A stretch of DNA of 64,000 nucleotides from Terriglobia bacterium (lineage in GTDB: Bacteria; Acidobacteriota; Terriglobia; JAJPHL01; JAPKYU01): NCBI GenBank assembly GCA_965223005.1, contig CBDCVK010000010.1:420820-484819 (forward strand), read 5' to 3'. The stretch's first letter is position 1. Each line of letters opens with the position of its first letter. The position numbers were made by a program, and so were the translations under genes. The notes under the pieces are model-generated. The model saw only the letters and a program-made list of their open reading frames with translations, was not told the origin of the DNA and ran no database searches. Positions 58,606-64,000 of the stretch are shown piece after piece.

Positions 58606-59586
58606 TTAACCCCCGATAAACACCATGGTCCGTTCCGGTTTCGCAAAATCCGGATCGTTGATGTGATGCCGCTCTTCCTTGAGCCGGGTCAGGCAGCAGA
58701 TGAAGTCGGCGATCTCCCCATCGGAGGCGCCGCAGTGCAAGAGGGGCTTCACATCGTGGTCCCAGAGGGAGAACAGGCAGGTGCGGATCTTTCCATCCGC
58801 GGTCAGCCGAATGCGGCTGCACATGCTGCAGAACGGCATGGAAACCGGGGCCACCAGGCCGATTTCGCCGGGGCCGTCGGCGAAGCGGTACCTCAGAGCC
58901 GTCGAGCTGGGAGTGTCACGCCCGATGGGCACCAGCGGGTAGACCGCACGAATCTTTTCGATGACTTCACGGGCCGTCACCACCAGTTCCCGCTTCCAGT
59001 TGCGGTCGGCACCCAGAGGCATGAACTCAATGAAACGGACGATGAGGCTCCACTCGCGGGCAAACGCCGCGAAATCCACTACCTCATCGTCATTCAACCC
59101 ACGGACCAGGACCACGTTGACCTTCACCGGTTCCAAGCCCGCGGCCTGAGCCGCCGCGATGCCCTTCAGCACGCGATCGTAGCCATCGGTGCGAGTGATC
59201 CTGGCGAACTTGTCTCGATGCACCGAGTCCATGCTGATGTTGATCCGCGTCAGTCCGGCGTCGGTCAGCGCCTGGATCTTCTCCGCCAAAAGCCAGCCGT
59301 TGGTGGTCAGGGCCCGGTCCTCCAACCCCGGGATGGAAGAGAGCTGGGTAATGAATCGCTCCACGCCATGACGCAGCAGCGGCTCCCCGCCTGTCACCCG
59401 GACCTTCCTGATCCCCAGCCTTACAAAAATCCGGCTCAGGCGGTAGAAATCGTCCAGAGAGACTGTATCGGTGCCGGAGTAGACCATCGGGTCGGCGCTC
59501 TTGCAGTAGAAGCACCGGAAGTTGCAGCGGTCCGTGATGGAGATGCGCAGGTCTTGAATCTGCCGACCGTAGCTGTCCTGGAGCAT
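58606..59586 (-). CDS. moaA: GTP 3',8-cyclase (molybdenum cofactor biosynthesis protein A)
   Basis: ISITDRCNFRCFYC radical SAM motif, a TTNG segment, and the C-terminal auxiliary cluster FCSMCSRIRLTADGKIRTCLF. Confidence 0.9.
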   Translation of the reverse strand: MLQDSYGRQIQDLRISITDRCNFRCFYCKSADPMVYSGTDTVSLDDFYRLSRIFVRLGIRKVRVTGGEPLLRHGVERFITQLSSIPGLEDRALTTNGWLLAEKIQALTDAGLTRINISMDSVHRDKFARITRTDGYDRVLKGIAAAQAAGLEPVKVNVVLVRGLNDDEVVDFAAFAREWSLIVRFIEFMPLGADRNWKRELVVTAREVIEKIRAVYPLVPIGRDTPSSTALRYRFADGPGEIGLVAPVSMPFCSMCSRIRLTADGKIRTCLFSLWDHDVKPLLHCGASDGEIADFICCLTRLKEERHHINDPDFAKPERTMVFIGG

Positions 59587-59760
59587 AAGACAACAAAGCC
59601 CGTACCCATGTTTGGCAGGTACGGGCTCGAACTTCGAGACCGCGGGCTCTCCTTTCCAAACACGGGAGGCGCAGCCGTTTCCCGCTACACCCTATCGGCT
59701 CCAGGCCATAGTCCCGGGGGACGTTAGGCTCTGCGAGCTCGGAGAAACCGAAATTGGCGA
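59587..59760 (-). promoter_or_regulatory. long structured 5' leader of the moaA operon; candidate riboswitch (Moco-type by context)
   Basis: 450-nt intergenic region. A perfect 10-bp hairpin AGCCCGTACC-(12 nt)-GGTACGGGCT sits 10 nt from the moaA start, with no SD between it and the ATG. Further upstream are CUGAGA and AACCUGAU strings and several GC stems. Confidence 0.35.
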
Positions 59761-60036
59761 TCGTATCAGTGGCTATTGTATCAGGTTACTGGGAATACCG
59801 TCTCAGGCAACTCCAATCACCTGCACCGACATGCCCCGCTCCCTGGGACCATCCAGTCGACCAGTATGACGTCCCTAACACCAACTCCGTTGGACCTCGC
59901 CGGTCATTCGAAACCGGCGCATTATACCACCGGCAGAAAGGAGAGGAAAGAAGGCCAGTCGAACGTCAGGAACTGCAGTTTTTCTGATAGGATAGACTGT
60001 GAATCGGAGCATTCCATTTCCCAGGTAGGAGCTGAT

Positions 60037-60225
60037 ATGGCAAGGGTTTGCGAGGTTTGCGGGAAAGGCCCGCAATTTGGGCATCGGATCAGTCACGCCC
60101 ATAACCTGACCAAGCGTCGCTGGAATGTGAACCTGCAGACGGTGCGCGTGGTGGTCAACGGCGGCCGGCGGCGGTTGCGTGTCTGTACTCGTTGCCTGCG
60201 TTCCGGCAAAGTCCGCAAAGCCTAA
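60037..60225 (+). CDS. rpmB: 50S ribosomal protein L28
   Basis: MARVCEVCGKGPQFGHRISHAHNLTKRRWNVNLQ matches the bL28 N-terminus. SD AGGTAGGAG upstream of the ATG at 60037. Confidence 0.85.
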   Translation: MARVCEVCGKGPQFGHRISHAHNLTKRRWNVNLQTVRVVVNGGRRRLRVCTRCLRSGKVRKA

Positions 60226-60282
60226 GTCACCTACGAAAGGTGAGTTCAGATTATCCCGTGGTGCGCCTTCCCCCCTGAGTCT

Positions 60283-60957
60283 TCAGCGATATTTAGCCAA
60301 CGCCGCAAGAAGCGGGCGTGCTTCGGTGGGGGTGGGCGCTTTCCCGTTCAGGATATTGAGGGCTGGGATCTCCCGCCCGTAGAGTTGGCGGTTGCCCTTC
60401 TCGTCGGGCTTGACCACGGCGCCTTTCAGGGTCACGCCTGCAAATAAGCCTCTCGCCCGTGAGTAGGTCAGGATTTCGGAGCGCATAGCGGCGTTCGTCT
60501 CCGCCGAAGTGGCGCGCCCAACCGGCCCGGCGGCCACCGAAGCGTCCACGCCCAAGGTGAACTTGTCGCTGGTCAAGAACTTCATGCCTTTCTTGTTCAT
60601 CACCAGCATGATCAAGTCAATGGCCTGCCCGCCGATCTGTAAGCCGAAACTGCCACCCCGCACGCTCAGCATGGATGGCGGCCCCCAATGCCGAGACGCC
60701 TTCCTGCAGGTCACCAGCCCGCCTCCGAAGTGTCCCCCGAAGCCGAAGCCACCCTTCTTCATCGAAGGAACAATGGCAATGCAGTGCGCCCGCACCAGCA
60801 GCTGCTTCGGGATAGTGTTCTCGGGAATGTCCATTACCTCAGAAAAGACTTCTGTGGCATTCTGCACTCGCTTCACTTGTTTCTTCCGGTCAGCGAGCAC
60901 CGTGGGAACCAGCAGGCTCAGAGTCAACAGGCTCACCATCACGCCGTGGATTCGCAT
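60283..60957 (-). CDS. SYLF (DUF500) domain lipid-binding protein, secreted
   Basis: Signal peptide; GGFGFGG...GGSFGLQIGG glycine-rich SYLF signature. Confidence 0.7.
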   Translation of the reverse strand: MRIHGVMVSLLTLSLLVPTVLADRKKQVKRVQNATEVFSEVMDIPENTIPKQLLVRAHCIAIVPSMKKGGFGFGGHFGGGLVTCRKASRHWGPPSMLSVRGGSFGLQIGGQAIDLIMLVMNKKGMKFLTSDKFTLGVDASVAAGPVGRATSAETNAAMRSEILTYSRARGLFAGVTLKGAVVKPDEKGNRQLYGREIPALNILNGKAPTPTEARPLLAALAKYR

Positions 60958-61076
60958 GTAACACCCCCTCGGTTCATTTTACTCGATGCCTGGCGTGACG
61001 GGAACGGTTCCAGCAGAGACCAAAATGGTATCCGCCGTAACCGACGTGTATGGGTTCCTGCGGTGGATTTTCCGGT

Positions 61077-62450
61077 TCAGGCACCGATGGTGCGGTGAAA
61101 AGCAGCAGCGATCAATTCGGCGTAGCGACGCACCTGCGCTTCCTTCTCGCCCTCGATCATGATGCGGGCTAGCGACTCTGTACCACTGTAGCGCACGATC
61201 ACTCGTCCCGTCAGCCCGAAGTGTTCCTGAGCCGAGCGAATCGCCGCCCACACTTCTGGCAACTCCTCCAGCGGCACCTTTTCCCGCACGGGGACGTTCC
61301 GAATGACCTGGGGGAACGGTTTCAGTTCCGAGACCAGTGCATCCAGTGGCCGCCCAGTGGCCGTCACGATCTCCGCGACACGCAACGCGCTCAGCAGGCC
61401 GTCCCCTGTCGTGTGGGCACTGCCGAAGATGACGTGCCCCGACTGCTCGCCGCCCAGGCTGGCGCCGCAACGTAACATTTCCTCGAGGACGTATTTGTCG
61501 CCCACCGGAGTGCGCCGTAGTCGGACCCCGGAGGCTCCCAAGGCCGCTTCCAGGCCCAGGTTGGACATGATGGTGGCCACGACCACACGGTTCTTGAGCC
61601 AACCCTGGGCCAGCATGTGCCGGGCGGTCAGAAACAGCACCCCGTCACCATTCACCAGATTGCCGTTCGCGGTGACGAACAGCGCCCGGTCGGCATCCCC
61701 ATCGAAGGCCACGCCCAGGTCAGCCCGCTCGGCGGGGACCCGCGCCCGGAGTGATTCGGGATGCAGCGATCCGCACTCCAGGTTGATATTGCGTCCGTTG
61801 GGAGAAGCGTGGATGGCGATGACCTCCGCGCCGAGTCGCCGAAACAACTCCGGAGCCACCGCTGAGGCAGCCCCGTTCGCGCAATCCAGAACCACCCGCA
61901 GGCCGGCGAAGGTTGCCTCACCGGACACCAGCGAGCAGAGAAAACCTCGGTAGCGACCCTGCAGCGAGGTGTCCCGTTTCAACCGACCGCCGGGAGGAAC
62001 TTGCCGCGATGATACCGAAGGGCTGGCCTGCTCAATAGCCAGCCGGAAGATCGTCTGCTCGACTGCTACCTCGCTTTCGTCAGGGAGTTTGTAGCCGGAA
62101 CGGGAAAAGACTTTGATGCCGTTGTCGGAATAAGGATTGTGGGAAGCGGAAATCATCACCCCGGCCGAGAACCCCTTGATGCGTGACAGATAGGCCACCC
62201 CCGGAGTAGGGAGCACCCCCGCCGAAACCGACTCCGCACCTTCTTCGGCCAGACCTGTGGCCAGAGTCTCGGCGATCCAGGGACTGGATTCGCGCGTGTC
62301 CTCACCGAATACGAGGCGCGGAGCAGCCTCCGCTTGTCGCAGGAAGTCCCCCAGTGCTCGTCCGATGAGGAAAACCGTGTGCTCGTCCAGCGGGTATTCC
62401 CCGGCAGCTGCTCGAATCCCATCCGTTCCGAACAGTCGCGTCGGTTTCAT
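61077..62450 (-). CDS. glmM: phosphoglucosamine mutase
   Basis: LFGTDGIRA start; the active-site phosphoserine motif ISASHNPYSDNGIKVF. Confidence 0.9.
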   Translation of the reverse strand: MKPTRLFGTDGIRAAAGEYPLDEHTVFLIGRALGDFLRQAEAAPRLVFGEDTRESSPWIAETLATGLAEEGAESVSAGVLPTPGVAYLSRIKGFSAGVMISASHNPYSDNGIKVFSRSGYKLPDESEVAVEQTIFRLAIEQASPSVSSRQVPPGGRLKRDTSLQGRYRGFLCSLVSGEATFAGLRVVLDCANGAASAVAPELFRRLGAEVIAIHASPNGRNINLECGSLHPESLRARVPAERADLGVAFDGDADRALFVTANGNLVNGDGVLFLTARHMLAQGWLKNRVVVATIMSNLGLEAALGASGVRLRRTPVGDKYVLEEMLRCGASLGGEQSGHVIFGSAHTTGDGLLSALRVAEIVTATGRPLDALVSELKPFPQVIRNVPVREKVPLEELPEVWAAIRSAQEHFGLTGRVIVRYSGTESLARIMIEGEKEAQVRRYAELIAAAFHRTIGA

Positions 62451-63106
62451 TCGCGCTGTTCCAGTTGAACGGTGACCAGCACTGCGTCACTGCCCTGGAT
62501 GCGCACCAGCGGATGAGGTACAAACGCACTGGTCCAGAACCGGGTTCGTGCGATGACGCCTGTGACATCCAGAGGATCAGTCATGGCGGATTCCACCAGG
62601 GCCACGTGGCTCCGCGGTCCTACCACGCGCACCATTGGAGGAGACACCTGATAGCCGGTCAACTGGTAGCCTGGGGCGGCCTCGCCGGTGATGCGCGGGA
62701 CAACGGGGATCTCACGCTCAGCGCGTGCCTCCAACTGCAGCCCCACCTGTTTGGGAGTGATTTGCAAGACCTGCACCCCGAAGGGGATCCGCACATTGGA
62801 AACAGACAGCTCGTAGCTGCGCTTGCCGGGACGCTTGAAGTCGGCCAAATCCAGCGAGACGGCCAGGTTCGCAGGGGAAAGCTTGCGTATCGCGCTGGCC
62901 GGTCCCCGCACTCGCACCTGCACCGAGTTGGGCGCTTCGCTGCTCAACTCAAGATTTTCCGGCACGTTCTGCAATTCCAGCGGCGCCCGGAAGGTCACTT
63001 CCGCCTGCGGCTCATTGGCGATCGCTGACCACAGCAGTAGGGCCAGGGCAAGTGAGCCCAGCTTCAGAGCGAGGTTGTCGAGCACGTAGTTCCGCAAGAA
63101 GTTCAT
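62447..63106 (-). CDS. cdaR: YbbR/CdaR-like domain protein (c-di-AMP synthase regulator)
   Basis: N-terminal TM and repeated YbbR-like beta segments. Overlaps glmM and cdaA by 4 nt each (the conserved cdaA-cdaR-glmM operon). Confidence 0.7.
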   Translation of the reverse strand: MNFLRNYVLDNLALKLGSLALALLLWSAIANEPQAEVTFRAPLELQNVPENLELSSEAPNSVQVRVRGPASAIRKLSPANLAVSLDLADFKRPGKRSYELSVSNVRIPFGVQVLQITPKQVGLQLEARAEREIPVVPRITGEAAPGYQLTGYQVSPPMVRVVGPRSHVALVESAMTDPLDVTGVIARTRFWTSAFVPHPLVRIQGSDAVLVTVQLEQRE

Positions 63107-64000
63107 GGTTTCGCTGCTGGGCTGCGCGCCTGCGAATTCCGCTCGGGAAGCGCTTCCGGGTGGTCGTCGGCAATCCCCGGTGCTCCTTCGCCGCCGGGAG
63201 CCGGCGGCTCCTGCTCCGCCAGGCTGGTCGTGGGCAACACGGAGGGAGAAATGGGCGTGCCCATCAACTCGCCCAGACGCACCCGCAGCCGTTCCAAGCT
63301 GACGTTCTGCTCGATGGTCCCGCCCGCAGCCAGCGAGACCTCCCCAGTCTGTTCGGAAACCACCACGGCCACGGCATCGCTTTCCTCAGTGATGCCAATG
63401 GCTGCCCGGTGCCGGCTGCCCACCTGCGTGCTCAGCAACGGGTTCACGCTTAGAGGAAGGAAGCAGGCGGCGGCCGCCACCTTGTCTTTCTGAATAATGA
63501 TCCCGCCGTCGTGCAGCGGCGTTTCAGGACGGAAAATCGTCACCAACAGGTCATAGGAAAGCTGGGCATCGAGGCCAATACCGCTGTCCACATAGGTGCG
63601 CAGGCCAACATCCCGTTCCAGCACGATGAGCGCCCCCGTTTTCTGCGAGGAAAACAGGCTGACCGCCAGCAAGATGTCGTCGTAGGAGAAATCACGGGAC
63701 AAGCGAGCAAAGCGGGAGAGGAAGGGGTTCCGTCCCAGCCGCGCTAGGCCGCGCCGAATCTCCGCCTGGAAGATCACGATGAGGGCGAACACGAGAATGG
63801 GGGACATCTTGGTGAGAAGCCAATGAAGCGTCTGCAATTTCCACTGGACTGCCGCGTAGTAGAGCAGGACGATCAGCGCGATCCCGAACAACATCTGGCT
63901 GGCGCGAGTCCCCCGCACCAGCAGCAGCAACTGGTAGATCAGGAAGGCGACAATCAGGATGTCTAAAATAGAGGTCAGGGAAATCTCCCTCCAAAAGCCC
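63103..64000 (-). CDS. cdaA: diadenylate cyclase CdaA (partial; 5' end beyond window)
   Basis: DAC domain (DGGIIIQKDKVAAAACFLP, SRHRAAIGITEESDAVAVVVSEQTG). The reading frame stays open to the window edge, with a conserved N-terminal ILDILIVAFLIYQLLLLVRGTRA. Confidence 0.8.
   Translation of the reverse strand, partial: GFWREISLTSILDILIVAFLIYQLLLLVRGTRASQMLFGIALIVLLYYAAVQWKLQTLHWLLTKMSPILVFALIVIFQAEIRRGLARLGRNPFLSRFARLSRDFSYDDILLAVSLFSSQKTGALIVLERDVGLRTYVDSGIGLDAQLSYDLLVTIFRPETPLHDGGIIIQKDKVAAAACFLPLSVNPLLSTQVGSRHRAAIGITEESDAVAVVVSEQTGEVSLAAGGTIEQNVSLERLRVRLGELMGTPISPSVLPTTSLAEQEPPAPGGEGAPGIADDHPEALPERNSQARSPAAKP

Noticed and set aside
59587-59760. TPP (THI-box) riboswitch call for the moaA leader, based on the CUGAGA and AACCUGAU strings
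   Set aside because: The highly conserved GUAGGGAA segment and the P4/P5 CUGG...CCAG pairing are not evident. This is kept only as a generic candidate riboswitch or structured leader pending covariance-model search.
59880-59935. tRNA-like T-arm (CGCCGG-tcattcgaaa-CCGGCG followed by ...CCA) in the moaA/rpmB intergenic region
   Set aside because: The loop is too long and no acceptor, D-arm or anticodon stems could be assembled. No tRNA, rRNA, tmRNA or RNase P signatures were found anywhere in the window.

Overview
High-GC (about 65 percent) bacterial chromosomal segment, densely packed with mostly housekeeping genes. The TonB-ExbB-ExbD-ExbD-TPR operon and overall gene content are reminiscent of a soil Acidobacteria-like organism; this is inference, not verified. 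Recognisable genes include a KefB-type CPA2 antiporter, glnA, ldh, leuS, nfo, a heterodimeric ABC exporter pair, an orphan nuoI-like ferredoxin, glpK, ispH, aroK, a UbiD-family decarboxylase, ilvE, tgt-yajC-secD-secF, rel, a GGDEF cyclase, thiC, moaA, rpmB, glmM and cdaR-cdaA (cdaA runs off the 3' edge of the window). Several loci deserve a second look. First, a remodelled trehalose locus: otsA is followed, in the same frame, by a TGA stop, a C7 tract and a decayed phosphatase (OtsB/TPP) remnant, next to a TreT-type trehalose synthase that is translationally coupled to an unknown ORF. Second, an uncharacterised two-gene cassette: a B12-binding radical SAM enzyme plus an ATP-grasp ligase, divergent from a membrane-protein/wHTH-regulator pair. 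Third, a secreted-protein gene split by a one-base frameshift inside a G8 homopolymer. Fourth, a roughly 170-nt structured leader with a start-codon-proximal hairpin upstream of a moaA-DUF2203-thiC-methyltransferase operon. Fifth, a family of TTGGAC/GTCCAA-rich imperfect inverted repeats sitting at gene junctions, where they create artificial ORF extensions. Sixth, an orphan ACP-KAS pair preceded by a translationally coupled 42-codon micro-ORF. Many long ORFs in the supplied track are antisense or high-GC artefacts, or N-terminal over-extensions from TTG/GTG starts.
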